Origin: Thermodesulfobacteriota bacterium
Lineage (GTDB): Bacteria; Desulfobacterota; Desulfobacteria; Desulfobacterales; SURF-7
NCBI GenBank assembly: GCA_049320885.1
Contig: JBMORA010000038.1
Location: 1 to 64,000 of the forward strand
Direction of reading: 5' to 3'
Length of the DNA stretch: 64,000 bases
The notes beneath the pieces were generated by a model that was not told the origin of the DNA, searched no databases, and saw nothing but the letters and a program-made list of their open reading frames with translations. The translations under genes and the position numbers were made by a program. Positions 1 through 9,653 of the stretch are shown piece after piece (position 1 is the first letter of the stretch; every line of letters begins with the position of its first letter).

Positions 1-129
1 GCGGCTGCCGGTATTTGCCAGATATTCGATGCGGCTTTTCCGGGACGAAACGATGGCGAGTTCGGACATGGCCAGCAGGCCGTTCGTGACGGTCAGGAAT
101 GCAACGATAAAGATTTCAACATACAGCAT
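1..129 (-). CDS. HlyC/CorC (CNNM/DUF21) family membrane protein, N-terminal part (runs off window start)
   Basis: Manual translation from ATG at 129: MLYVEIFIVAFLTVTNGLLAMSELAIVSSRKSRIEYLANTGSR, with the DUF21 motif NGxxAMSExAxxSSR. AGAGG RBS upstream. Confidence 0.85.
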   Translation of the reverse strand, partial: MLYVEIFIVAFLTVTNGLLAMSELAIVSSRKSRIEYLANTGSR

Positions 130-268
130 ACGCGCCTCTTCGAAACGGGACTGGATGAAACATCGCTCCCATGAATCCATCATGGAGGACGGGGGAACCG
201 GTTGCCTTGCTCCCGACACATGGGAAAGCCGCGCGGGAAGAAAAGGAGATTCCCCGGATATCAGGACC

Positions 269-297
269 ATCATAGTTGCTCCGCATTTTTATGTCAA
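269..297 (-). promoter_or_regulatory. sigma70-type promoter for the CNNM gene
   Basis: Minus strand TTGACA (297-292), 17-nt spacer, TATGAT (274-269). Confidence 0.65.
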
Positions 298-386
298 TTC
301 ACCGCCTTTATGACGTGGAACACGGCTGACGGGAATCCGGTCAAGACCAGCCCGCGGGCTTCATGAAATGAAATCCGAAAAACCAT

Positions 387-431
387 TTGACAACGGCGCC
401 CGGCGGTTATATATAACAGTCGTTATATAAC
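387..431 (+). promoter_or_regulatory. sigma70 promoter of the ABC operon overlapped by two palindromic operator-like sites
   Basis: TTGACA at 387-392, TATATA at 410-415. Palindromes GTTATATATAAC (406-417) and GTTATATAAC (422-431). Confidence 0.55.
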
Positions 432-595
432 CAATGTTTTAATTTCGGCGCGGACATCGCAGCGAAACAGCTGCCGGGCAGCAGATCAGGGCCATGAGAC
501 AGGAACCCAAGGCTTGCGAAACGACGCGATCGGTTGTTTTCCCCGCCATGGGCGGAACCGCCGCCGTCGATACGGGAGCGCATACGGAGGTAGGG

Positions 596-1549
596 ATGAA
601 ACGCTACATCGCCGGCAGATGCGTATATACCGGGCTCATTTTGTTTCTGGTCTCGATCCTGATCTTTATTCTGGCAAGATTGGTGCCGGGCGATCCCATC
701 CTGGCGGCGGCCATGGTGAATACGGATCTGGCGGATCGACAGATAATACAGGAACTGCGGATCCGTTTCGGTCTGGACAAGCCTCTGTACGTCCAATACG
801 GCATCTGGCTCCGGGATTTCGTTACCGGTGACTGGGGTGTCTCCATCGGTAGCGGGGAGGCGGTGCGTGAAATGTTTTTCAACCGTCTGCCCGTGACCTT
901 GGAATTGTTCGCCGGTTCCGTCCTGTGGTCGGTTCTCGTCGGATTCCCCCTGGGAATTGTCGCGGCGCTGCGGCGCAATACCTGGTTGGATGCCGTCCTT
1001 ACGACGACGGCGATCATCGGTGTTTCCCTGCCGGTGTTCTGGGAAGGCATCGTTCTGATCTATCTGTTCGCCGTTTTGCTGCCCCTGCTTCCGCCTTCCG
1101 GTTTCACGCCTTTTACGGAAAATCCCTTGGAGCATCTGCTGTCCGTATGGATGCCCACCCTGGTGATGGGTACCCACGGCGCCGGATTGCTGGCACGGTA
1201 TGTGCGCTCCAGTCTCCTGGAAGTGCTGGGCCAGGATTTCATCCGGACCGCCAGGGCCAAGGGCCTTACGGCAACAGCCGTCCTGATCCGACATGCGCTC
1301 AAGCCGGCCATGATACCGGTGGTCACGGTGACCGGCCTTGCCTGGAGTTATGTCGTGGCCGGCTCCTTTCTGGTGGAATATATTTTCGCCATTCCGGGCC
1401 TGGGACGCATGGGGGTGGATGCCGTTTTCGCCCGGGATTTTCCGGTGATTCAGGCGACGTTGATCATGACCGCCCTGAATGTGCTGCTGGTGAATCTGGC
1501 GGTGGATCTGCTCTACGGCTGGCTCGATCCACGCATCCGTTTGCAGTGA
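596..1549 (+). CDS. dppB: Peptide/nickel ABC transporter permease (DppB/OppB-like)
   Basis: GGAGG RBS then MKRYIAGR. Motifs PGDP, GLDKPLYVQY, RLPVTLEL and EAA loop DFIRTARAKGL. Confidence 0.9.
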   Translation: MKRYIAGRCVYTGLILFLVSILIFILARLVPGDPILAAAMVNTDLADRQIIQELRIRFGLDKPLYVQYGIWLRDFVTGDWGVSIGSGEAVREMFFNRLPVTLELFAGSVLWSVLVGFPLGIVAALRRNTWLDAVLTTTAIIGVSLPVFWEGIVLIYLFAVLLPLLPPSGFTPFTENPLEHLLSVWMPTLVMGTHGAGLLARYVRSSLLEVLGQDFIRTARAKGLTATAVLIRHALKPAMIPVVTVTGLAWSYVVAGSFLVEYIFAIPGLGRMGVDAVFARDFPVIQATLIMTALNVLLVNLAVDLLYGWLDPRIRLQ

Positions 1550-1620
1550 AGAAAAATGCGGCGGGAGCCCCCTTGGCTTCCTCCGCCGGACCATATGATT
1601 CGGAAAGGCGGTTCAACCAG

Positions 1621-2517
1621 ATGACCGGAACCAACGCAACCAAGGGCAGGGGCGCCCGGAATATTCTGCATTCTCTCGTTGCCCATAAAACCGCCTGTCC
1701 GGGGATCCTGATCATCCTGCTACTGACGATGATGGCGCTGACCGCTCCATGGCTGGCACCCCATGATCCCAATGAACAGGATCTGTATCATGTATTGGCG
1801 CCGCCCGGCCGGGACCATCTTTTGGGCACGGACGATGTGGGCCGCGATCTGCTGTCGCGGGTGTTATACGGCGCCAGAATCTCGCTGTTCGTGGGTCTTT
1901 CGTCAACCGTCTTTTCCGCCGTGATCGGAATCTTCCTGGGGCTTGCGGCCGGTTACAAGGGAGGAATCACGGATGTGATCCTCATGCGCATCACCGACAC
2001 ATTCATGAGCATTCCCGGCCTGATTTTTCTGCTGGTCCTGGCCGCGGCATTGGGCCCCGGTGTTCACAACATCATCATCGCCATCACCGCTCTGGGCTGG
2101 ACGGGTTTCGCCCGGATCGTCCGCGGCCAGGTGCTGACCCTGAAACGGCTGCCCTTTGTGGAGGCCGCCCGGGCAGCGGGCGCATCTGGATGGCGCATCA
2201 TGTTCCGGCACTTGCTGCCCAATGCCCTGTCACCCGTCATCGTGGCGGCATCCATTACCGTCGGCGGGGCCATCATGCTGGAAAGCGCCGCCGCCTTTCT
2301 GGGGCTGGGGGTTCAACCGCCCACCCCCAGCTGGGGCGAAGCGCTGCGGGTAGGTTATTCCTATCTGGAAATCGTTCCGTTGTTCTCGATCGTCCCCGGG
2401 ATGATGATCACCCTGGCGGTGCTGGCCTTCAATTTTCTGGGGGACGGCCTGCGGGATGCACTGGATCCGAGGTTGCGCGGGGAAGAGCAACCCATGGCCC
2501 AAGGCGGAAACACATGA
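1621..2517 (+). CDS. dppC: Peptide/nickel ABC transporter permease (DppC/OppC-like)
   Basis: Motifs HLLGTDDVGRDLLSRVLYGARISL, FVEAARAAGA, FLGLGVQPPTPSWG, GDGLRDALDP. Confidence 0.9.
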   Translation: MTGTNATKGRGARNILHSLVAHKTACPGILIILLLTMMALTAPWLAPHDPNEQDLYHVLAPPGRDHLLGTDDVGRDLLSRVLYGARISLFVGLSSTVFSAVIGIFLGLAAGYKGGITDVILMRITDTFMSIPGLIFLLVLAAALGPGVHNIIIAITALGWTGFARIVRGQVLTLKRLPFVEAARAAGASGWRIMFRHLLPNALSPVIVAASITVGGAIMLESAAAFLGLGVQPPTPSWGEALRVGYSYLEIVPLFSIVPGMMITLAVLAFNFLGDGLRDALDPRLRGEEQPMAQGGNT

Positions 2518-3503
2518 CGAAACTGCTGGAAGTACGGAATCTGAGCACGCATTTTTTCACGAAGGAAGGAGTGGTCCGCGCCGTGGAAGATGTTTCCTTC
2601 GATCTTAAGGCCGGTGAAACCCTGGGGCTGGTGGGGGAAAGCGGCTGCGGTAAAAGCGTAAGCGCCTTGTCGCTGATGCGTCTGGTTCCCGCGCCGCCTG
2701 GTGACATCGTTGCCGGTGAAATAGTTTTCGAAGGCCGGGATATCCTGAAACTCGACGACGGCGACATCAGGCGCATCCGGGGGAACCGCATGGCCATGAT
2801 CTTCCAGGAGCCCATGACGTCGCTGAATCCGGTTATGACCATCGGGCGGCAGGCGGCGGAGCCGTTTGAAATTCACCGGAAGATGAACCGCCGCCGTTCC
2901 ATGGAGGCCGCCGCCGATCTCCTCGGGCGGGTGCGCGTTCCCGAAGCCCGGAAACGCCTGCTGGACTATCCCCATCACTTAAGCGGCGGGATGCGGCAGC
3001 GGGTCATGATCGCCATGGCGCTGGCCTGTTCGCCCGGGCTCCTGATCGCCGACGAACCCACAACGGCCCTGGATGTCACGATTCAGGCCCAGCTGCTGGA
3101 GCTGATGAAGCGGCTTACCCGGGATGCCGGGAGCGCCTGGATTCTCATCACCCACAACCTCGGGATCGTGGCCCGGTACGCCGACCGCATTCATGTCATG
3201 TACGCCGGACGGATCGTTGAGCAGGCTCCGGTGCGGGAGTTGTTCGCCCGTCCGCGCCATCCCTATACCATCGGTCTCATGGCCTCCGTACCCCGGCTGG
3301 ATCAGAACCTGAAGGAAAAATTGCGCCCCATAGAAGGACAGCCGCCGGATTTGCTGAACCTGCCTTCCGGTTGCGCGTTTCATCCCCGTTGCCGGCGCCG
3401 GACGGAGGTCTGCGTGTCGGAAACGCCGAAGCTGAAATCCATTGCCGGCGGGCATGCGGCAGCCTGCTGGCATCCGGTGGAGGAGAAACTCCCATGCTCA
3501 TGA
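2514..3503 (+). CDS. dppD: Oligopeptide ABC transporter ATP-binding protein (DppD-like)
   Basis: Walker A GESGCGKS, signature LSGGMRQR, Walker B LLIADEPTT, HPYT and C-terminal Cys motif. ATGA overlap with the upstream gene. Confidence 0.92.
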   Translation: MTKLLEVRNLSTHFFTKEGVVRAVEDVSFDLKAGETLGLVGESGCGKSVSALSLMRLVPAPPGDIVAGEIVFEGRDILKLDDGDIRRIRGNRMAMIFQEPMTSLNPVMTIGRQAAEPFEIHRKMNRRRSMEAAADLLGRVRVPEARKRLLDYPHHLSGGMRQRVMIAMALACSPGLLIADEPTTALDVTIQAQLLELMKRLTRDAGSAWILITHNLGIVARYADRIHVMYAGRIVEQAPVRELFARPRHPYTIGLMASVPRLDQNLKEKLRPIEGQPPDLLNLPSGCAFHPRCRRRTEVCVSETPKLKSIAGGHAAACWHPVEEKLPCS

Positions 3504-4468
3504 CGGTTCGCAATCTTTCGGTTTGCTACCCGGTCTACCGGGGCTTCTTTTTCCCCAAAAAGATCGGAGAGGCCCGGGCCGTGGATGAAGTGAGCTTTCA
3601 GATCGAGGAAGGCGCCACCCTGGGGCTGGTGGGGGAAAGCGGTTGCGGAAAAACCACAACCGGCCGGGCCATACTGTTGCTGGAAAAGCCCACCGGAGGT
3701 GAGATCCGCTTTGAAGGCGAGGATATCGTCAGGTATGACCGGCGTCAGCTCCGGGATCTGAGACGCCGGATGCAGATCGTCTTTCAGGATCCCATGGGAT
3801 CCCTCGATCCCCGGATGAGGGTACGGGATATCGTCGGCGAGCCGCTGCGGATCCACGAACCATCCCAAGCCAAAGGGGAGTACCGGGAGCATACCGACCA
3901 TCTCCTGGAAATGGTGGGTCTCCATCCCGGCATGGGGGCGCGATACCCCCATGAATTCAGTGGCGGACAGCGCCAGCGCATCGGCATCGCCCGGGCCTTG
4001 TCGGTCAGGCCCCGCCTGATCGTCTGCGATGAGCCGGTCTCTTCCCTGGATGTATCCATCCAGGCCCAGATCATCAATCTTCTGGAAAGCCTCCAGGAGC
4101 GGTTTCGCCTGACCTATCTGTTCATCGCCCACGATCTGGCGGTGGTCCGCCACATGAGCACCCGTGTCGCCGTGATGTATATGGGCCGGATTGTGGAACT
4201 GGCGGACCGCGATGCGATATACCATGGCGCCCTGCATCCCTATACCCGGGCGCTGCTGTCGGCCGTGCCGATTCCGGATCCGGAATTGGAAAGCCGCCGC
4301 GTTCATGGCTGGATCGAGGGGGAAATCCCCGGACCATTGGAACCGCCCGGCGGCTGCACATTTCACCCCCGTTGTTCCCGGGCCGGCGACCGTTGCCGAA
4401 GGGAGTCCCCGGCCATGCGGCCGGCGGGGGATGGCGATCACCAGGTAGCCTGCCATTTTTTTGGATAA
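3494..4468 (+). CDS. dppF: Oligopeptide ABC transporter ATP-binding protein (DppF-like)
   Basis: [32 protein letters not shown], CxFHPRC. Confidence 0.92.
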   Translation: MLMTVRNLSVCYPVYRGFFFPKKIGEARAVDEVSFQIEEGATLGLVGESGCGKTTTGRAILLLEKPTGGEIRFEGEDIVRYDRRQLRDLRRRMQIVFQDPMGSLDPRMRVRDIVGEPLRIHEPSQAKGEYREHTDHLLEMVGLHPGMGARYPHEFSGGQRQRIGIARALSVRPRLIVCDEPVSSLDVSIQAQIINLLESLQERFRLTYLFIAHDLAVVRHMSTRVAVMYMGRIVELADRDAIYHGALHPYTRALLSAVPIPDPELESRRVHGWIEGEIPGPLEPPGGCTFHPRCSRAGDRCRRESPAMRPAGDGDHQVACHFFG

Positions 4469-4512
4469 TGCCGCCGCCGGCAACAGGAATGCCGGCTGAA
4501 AAGGAGAACCGG

Positions 4513-6351
4513 ATGAAACGCGATCCCAATCCCTGTACCCTCAGAACCCTGTTGTTGTCGGGCATGCTGGCCGCGGCCGTCTTTTTTCCGGATGCGGTCG
4601 TCGCCGGGGAATCCGGAGAACCGGCTCCCGGCTGGATGGAATGGGGGGAGAAATATTGGCCCGCGAAACCGGTGGGGGGAGGAATCCTGCGGGTGGCCGC
4701 CCCTTATTTCATCGGCGTGATGAACCCCAACCATTTTCCGGTCATGGACTGGGTCACCATGAGCTACATCTACGAGAAGCTGGTCATCCATGACGCGGCC
4801 TATAAGCCGGTCAACCCCTGGCTGGCCGAGTCCTGGAGTTTTCTGGATGATCGCACCGTTCTGATGCGGCTCCGCAAGGGGGTCCGTTTTCACGACGGCG
4901 CCGAATTCACCGCCGAGGGCCTGAAATATCAGATGGAATGGATTATGGATGCAACCAATGGCGCCTGGTCCCGCACCTGGCTGGAGCCGTTGGATTTCGT
5001 GGAAGTCGTGGACAGCCATACGGTGAAGTGGCATTTCAAGCAGCCCTGGGGCGCGTTTCTGGGAACCATGGCCAGCGTGCCGGGGTATATGATTTCTCCC
5101 AAGGCGTTGAAGGCCGACCGGGACCTTGCGGAGTTGCGCCGCCTCAGGCGCGGGATCGCCGGTCTGGAGCGTGATGCGGAAACAGCCCTGGAAGATTGGG
5201 AAAACGTACCGGAGGAGGACGCCGCCGCCAGAATCGCGGCCCGCGGAAAAACCGATGCGGCCGATAAGGTGCTGGCGGACGCCCGGCGGCGGATCCGGAA
5301 ACTGGAACGGAGCACGCGGAAGGCCAAATCCCTGGATTACTACCCGGTGGGCAGCGGACAGTACATGCTGGAGAAGAGCAGCCCCGGAAACTATACCCGG
5401 CTCAAACGCAATCCGGACTGGTGGTTCGGTCAAAGCATCGGCCGCCCGGAAATGCCTTATTTCGAAGGGGTGACTGTTTCGGTGATCCCCGATCCGTCGG
5501 TGCGTCTGGCCGGCCTGAAAGCCGGCAGCCTGGACTATATCGTCGTCAACCCTTTTCAGCACAGGCTCGTCGAAGCGGATCCGCGCCTGCGCAGCGGCAT
5601 CGCGCCGCTGAATTGGCTGGTCTGGCTCATGTTGAACCAATCAAAGGGTCCGTTGAAGGATATCCGGGTGCGCAAGGCCATCTCCCACGCCATCGACCGG
5701 AAAGCCCTGATCATGGGGACCCAGAGCGGGCTGGGGCGGGAAGCGAGCTGCATCTTTCCGGATAATCACTGGGCTCATAATCCGGACCTGCAACCGGCGG
5801 CCTATGATCCGGAGCTGTCCAGGCGCCTGCTGGCGGAAGCCGGCTATCCCGATGGGTTGACCCTGACCGGTTTCACGTCCAACGAGCCGGTCTCCCAGGC
5901 TTTCGCCAAGGCCGTCATGGCCATGCTGGAAAAAGTGAACATCAAATGGGACTGCAAGCTGCTGGGGATCGCGGCCATGGCCGAGCCGTTCATGCGGCGC
6001 AAATATGACATGGCCGGCGGCCTCTATCAGTGGATCTTCGAGCCCGATCATATCGCCTCGACATTATACCTGCCGGAGGGCATTCTGAATTGCGGCCGCA
6101 ATCGTAACGAAAAAGTCGTCGCATTGATCATGCAGGGCCGCCGGGAAATCGACGAATCCAGCAGAAAACGGATTTATCAGCAGCTGGAACGGGAGCTTTA
6201 CGAGAATTATGAAGACATCTGGCTCTGGTATCCCATGTCCGTCATCGGTGCCAATGCGAAAATCCAGGGGTTCAACATCGACATGCTCCGGGCCTACGGA
6301 GAAGGGTATGTATGGTCGCATCCCAACTGGTTCGAAAACGGAGCCCCATAG
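4513..6351 (+). CDS. ABC substrate-binding protein, family 5, with a long helical insertion
   Basis: AAGGAG RBS and signal peptide. Motifs LAESW, LRKGVRFHDG, PVGSG, DIRVRKAISHAIDR, YDPE. Last gene of the ABC operon. Confidence 0.88.
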   Translation: MKRDPNPCTLRTLLLSGMLAAAVFFPDAVVAGESGEPAPGWMEWGEKYWPAKPVGGGILRVAAPYFIGVMNPNHFPVMDWVTMSYIYEKLVIHDAAYKPVNPWLAESWSFLDDRTVLMRLRKGVRFHDGAEFTAEGLKYQMEWIMDATNGAWSRTWLEPLDFVEVVDSHTVKWHFKQPWGAFLGTMASVPGYMISPKALKADRDLAELRRLRRGIAGLERDAETALEDWENVPEEDAAARIAARGKTDAADKVLADARRRIRKLERSTRKAKSLDYYPVGSGQYMLEKSSPGNYTRLKRNPDWWFGQSIGRPEMPYFEGVTVSVIPDPSVRLAGLKAGSLDYIVVNPFQHRLVEADPRLRSGIAPLNWLVWLMLNQSKGPLKDIRVRKAISHAIDRKALIMGTQSGLGREASCIFPDNHWAHNPDLQPAAYDPELSRRLLAEAGYPDGLTLTGFTSNEPVSQAFAKAVMAMLEKVNIKWDCKLLGIAAMAEPFMRRKYDMAGGLYQWIFEPDHIASTLYLPEGILNCGRNRNEKVVALIMQGRREIDESSRKRIYQQLERELYENYEDIWLWYPMSVIGANAKIQGFNIDMLRAYGEGYVWSHPNWFENGAP

Positions 6352-6372
6352 GACGAGGAAAACCGTCAACGA

Positions 6373-6854
6373 TCAGGGACTGATGCCTACTGGCTTTTCC
6401 CGGTATCCCGGCTCCGTCTTCTCGTCCTTGAGGGCTGCCCGCGGTGGAGGTGCGCACGGATAGATCCCCTTCCATAGCAGGTGCAGGTCCTGATTGATCA
6501 ATATGATTTCTCCGCTATGGCCGATATGATCGTGGAGCAGGGATTGAAGGTTGGCGGTGGGATAATGGAACGCGAGGATCGCATGGACAAACGGCCTGCC
6601 TGGCTGGTCGAACAATGGACAGGCCGGGTAAAAACCAACGTGAGCTCCCGGCCCTCCGCAGGATTTTCCGTCATGGCTTTGGTATCCGCCTTGCGCTCAA
6701 AAACCCATCTGGACAGCTCGCGTGGCAAGGAATAGTTGGCATACAAGGGGTGCTCGGCAAGATTGGAATCCGGCTCGGCGGTCAAGGTGGGCACAGGCAG
6801 GAAGGATACGCACCAAACAATGGCAAGAAGAAAAAGCACGGATCGGGAATTCAT
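6373..6854 (-). pseudogene. Frameshifted remnant of an exported protein/dCache sensor domain
   Basis: GGAGG RBS and a signal peptide (MNSRSVLFLLAIVWCVSFLP). After LVFTRPV a frameshift near 6615 leads to HIGHSGEIILINQD...AALKDEKTEPGYREKPV, which resembles dCache motifs GxxGExxLVNxD and DYRGxPV. Confidence 0.5.
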
Positions 6855-7222
6855 GGTCTTCCTCCATGTGGCAGGAACAGCTTACCGATGTGGAATGCTC
6901 ATTACAAGGGCCTGTATACACTAAGGATGAGGATTTCAGAATTTACAATGATTTTTGATTCTTATCATCGTTTCCATTCCAGGGCAATAAGATCTTGCGT
7001 GCATCCGGAGCAAACGGGTGAACGGTGACCGAATGGGGTTGCCAAGTTAACATATTGAAAATTTATCATATTTGTTTTATCGGGATTGTGTATTCCATGG
7101 CGCTTGATCAACCGCGTGTAAACGCATGGTACACCGAAGCCCTGTTAAAAAATTGTTGAAACGAAAAGAGCTGCGCGCTGCAAAGCGGGATGTCCTTGAC
7201 AGACCGGCAAGAGGATGAAGAC

Positions 7223-7300
7223 ATGGCGAAAGTACTCATCATCGATGATCGATGCTGGTGCGATGGTCAGGATGACCATGGATACCCAGGTGGGTTCAAT
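7223..7300 (+). pseudogene. Response-regulator receiver N-terminal remnant
   Basis: GAGGA RBS then MAKVLIIDD, the receiver beta1-DD motif. Similarity is lost immediately afterwards. Confidence 0.45.
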
Positions 7301-7368
7301 GGCTTGTGCCAGGCATATGGATTTGTTATAATGAATAAAGTATTCATTTCACAAGCAGGAGAAAGCGA

Positions 7369-7764
7369 ATGCACGGTTTTTTGATCAGGTGGCTGATCCT
7401 TACGGCTTCCATTATCGTCACCTCCTATTTTATCGACGGGATTCACGTGACCGGATTTTTCTCGGCGTTTTTTGCCGCCGCCCTTCTCGGCATATTGAAC
7501 GCGTTTTTCCGTCCCATATTATTTATCCTGACCCTGCCCATAACCATTTTGACCCTGGGACTTTTCACCTTCGTGATTAATGCCGTCATGCTGTTGATGG
7601 TTTCCGGCGTGGTGGCTGGATTTCAAGTGGATGGATTGTGGTCGGCCATGTGGGGATCGCTTTTCATCAGCATCGTCAGCTGGCTTCTCACGTCCTTTGT
7701 CAGTGAGCGGGGCAGGGTCGAGTACATCGATTTGAAAAAGGTCGGCAGGGATCGTTGGGAGTGA
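7369..7764 (+). CDS. YvlD-like 4-TM membrane protein (phage holin family 4 superfamily)
   Basis: Motif LNAFFRPILFILTLPITILTLGLFTFVINA. AGGAG RBS. Confidence 0.85.
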   Translation: MHGFLIRWLILTASIIVTSYFIDGIHVTGFFSAFFAAALLGILNAFFRPILFILTLPITILTLGLFTFVINAVMLLMVSGVVAGFQVDGLWSAMWGSLFISIVSWLLTSFVSERGRVEYIDLKKVGRDRWE

Positions 7765-7910
7765 GCAACGGCTGCTGGCGCTGCCGCGGATAGCGATCAA
7801 AAGGCGGTAAGGCTTTTTCCTGGCCCGATTATGAAAAACATGGCCGGGTGTCAAGGTGCGGATCCAGGCGAAAGGGAAATGATCCATTCCCCCAAACGCC
7901 GGCCTTCCCG

Positions 7911-8477
7911 TTACCCGGCCATATGGGTGTACAGGATTCTCAAGCCAATCGCGATCAGGGTTATGCCGCCCGCTGTTTCGGCCCATTTGCCCCAGGCGGT
8001 TCCGATTTTGCCGCCGAGCAACATCCCGATGGTGGTGAGCGTGGTTGCTACTAGACCGATTATCACCGCGGGCAATACGATGCTGGAACCGATCATGGCC
8101 AGGCTGAGCCCGACAGCCAGGGCGTCGATGCTGGTGGCGATGGACAGGATGACCAGGGAAATGCCCCTGGTGGGATCACAGCCTTCCATACCGGTATCAT
8201 CCCCTCCTCCGCGGGCTTCCCATAACATTTTGCCGCCCACAAAGGACAGCAGACAGAAGGCGATCCAGTGATCGAATGCGGCGATATGCCCATACACCGC
8301 CTTTCCGGCAAGCCAGCCGCAGACCGGCATGAGCGCCTGGAACAACCCGAAATGAAAAGCCAGGCGGAATATATGCCGCTTGGTGATGCAGGACAGGGAA
8401 AGACCGATGACAATGGCGACGGCGAAGGCATCCATGGCCAGTGCAAAAGCGATCCCCAGGATACTGATCCAATTCAT
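7911..8477 (-). CDS. mntP: Manganese efflux pump MntP
   Basis: Motifs ALAMDAFAV, FGLFQALMP, FDHWIAF, ATSIDALAVG. Confidence 0.9.
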   Translation of the reverse strand: MNWISILGIAFALAMDAFAVAIVIGLSLSCITKRHIFRLAFHFGLFQALMPVCGWLAGKAVYGHIAAFDHWIAFCLLSFVGGKMLWEARGGGDDTGMEGCDPTRGISLVILSIATSIDALAVGLSLAMIGSSIVLPAVIIGLVATTLTTIGMLLGGKIGTAWGKWAETAGGITLIAIGLRILYTHMAG

Positions 8478-8554
8478 GTGTTCAAATACCTCCGGTTCAT
8501 TGCGCCGCTTTCAGCCGATTTGGTTGGCGATCCGTTTCCGGGAAGACGCCTGAC

Positions 8555-9493
8555 CTACCGGTTGTGACGTTCAGGGCGCTCCTTTTTTTTCAGGCTCCCG
8601 GACAGCAGCAGACGGGCGGAATCGCAGATGGCGATGGCCGCCGGGTGCTTGATCCGGCGTTCCACCGTGATGGCATAGAAATATTCATGCACCGCGGCGG
8701 CGGTTCCGACCATGGAGACGTTGTGTTGACGTCGGACCTCGGCCGCGATGATGCCCGGCGCGGGGAAGATCCCGAGCCCTCCCTGGCCGAAGGCATTCAT
8801 CAGGGCGCTGTCCTCGAACTCCCCCATGATCCGGGGTCGAATCTCCAGGCTGTCAAAATACTGATCCAGGGATCGCCGCAGGCTGGTGTTTTCAGTGGGC
8901 AGCAGCAGGGGTGCGCCGTCCAGGGAGTGGGGGAATCCCTTGCCGTGTTTTTCGCAAAGGGCTTTTTCAGCCAGGAAGACGATGCCGCATTTTCCCAGCT
9001 GGTGGTTGAATACCTTGACTTTCACCTGGGGATCGGCCGGCGCATCCGTCAGAATGACATCCACGTGATGCTGGGACAATTCCGTCAGCAGCCGGTCGGG
9101 CTTGTTTTCCCGGCAGATCAATTGGACCGGTTCCGGCAGCGCAAGGGCCGCCTGAATCAGTCTCCAGGCCACCAGCTTGGGCACCACATCGGCGACGCCG
9201 ATGGTGATCCGCAGCGGCTTGCCGATGGGGCGGTCGTTCAGCGTGTCCATCAGTTCGCGTCCCAGCGAGAAAATTTCCTCGGCATAGCGGAAAACGATGC
9301 GGCCCTGCTCCGACAACACGAGATGACGGCCGGTTTTGACGAACAGCCTGCGACCGGTCATTTCCTCGAGACGCCGGATCTGGCCGCTGACCGTGGACGG
9401 CGCCAGCCGGAGCTTTTCACAGGCGCGGGTGAGGCCGCCCTCCCGGGCTACATGCCAGAAATAGAATAAATGGTGATAGTTGAGCCATTCCAT
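8555..9493 (-). CDS. nhaR: LysR-family transcriptional activator NhaR
   Basis: MEWLNYHHLFYFWHVAREG, GVADVVPK, GEFEDSALM, ERRIKHPA. Confidence 0.9.
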   Translation of the reverse strand: MEWLNYHHLFYFWHVAREGGLTRACEKLRLAPSTVSGQIRRLEEMTGRRLFVKTGRHLVLSEQGRIVFRYAEEIFSLGRELMDTLNDRPIGKPLRITIGVADVVPKLVAWRLIQAALALPEPVQLICRENKPDRLLTELSQHHVDVILTDAPADPQVKVKVFNHQLGKCGIVFLAEKALCEKHGKGFPHSLDGAPLLLPTENTSLRRSLDQYFDSLEIRPRIMGEFEDSALMNAFGQGGLGIFPAPGIIAAEVRRQHNVSMVGTAAAVHEYFYAITVERRIKHPAAIAICDSARLLLSGSLKKKERPERHNR

Positions 9494-9499
9494 GAGGGG

Positions 9500-9528
9500 G
9501 ATATATTTAGATAAATACGAAATGTCAA
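9500..9528 (-). promoter_or_regulatory. sigma70 promoter immediately ahead of the nhaR start codon
   Basis: TTGACA (9528-9523), 17 nt, TATATC (9505-9500), then 6 nt to the ATG. No Shine-Dalgarno sequence. Confidence 0.5.
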
Positions 9529-9653
9529 TGCTATATTTCCTTATTGCCAAAGTGTTGCCCGGTGAGTAGAGTACCCTGGCTTATTCCCTGTCGTCGACGC
9601 GTGGTGCGCCGGTGCAAAATTCGGAAAAAGAACAAAGGAGATGAAAAGAAACC

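Noticed and set aside
130..262. Long 5' leader of the CNNM gene as a metal-sensing riboswitch
   Set aside because: Small hairpins are present but I could not match M-box, yybP-ykoY or fluoride riboswitch consensus by eye. An Infernal/Rfam scan would decide.
7369..7764. Holin-family gene as evidence of a prophage
   Set aside because: YvlD-type proteins are common chromosomal genes, and no phage structural, lysis or integrase genes are nearby.
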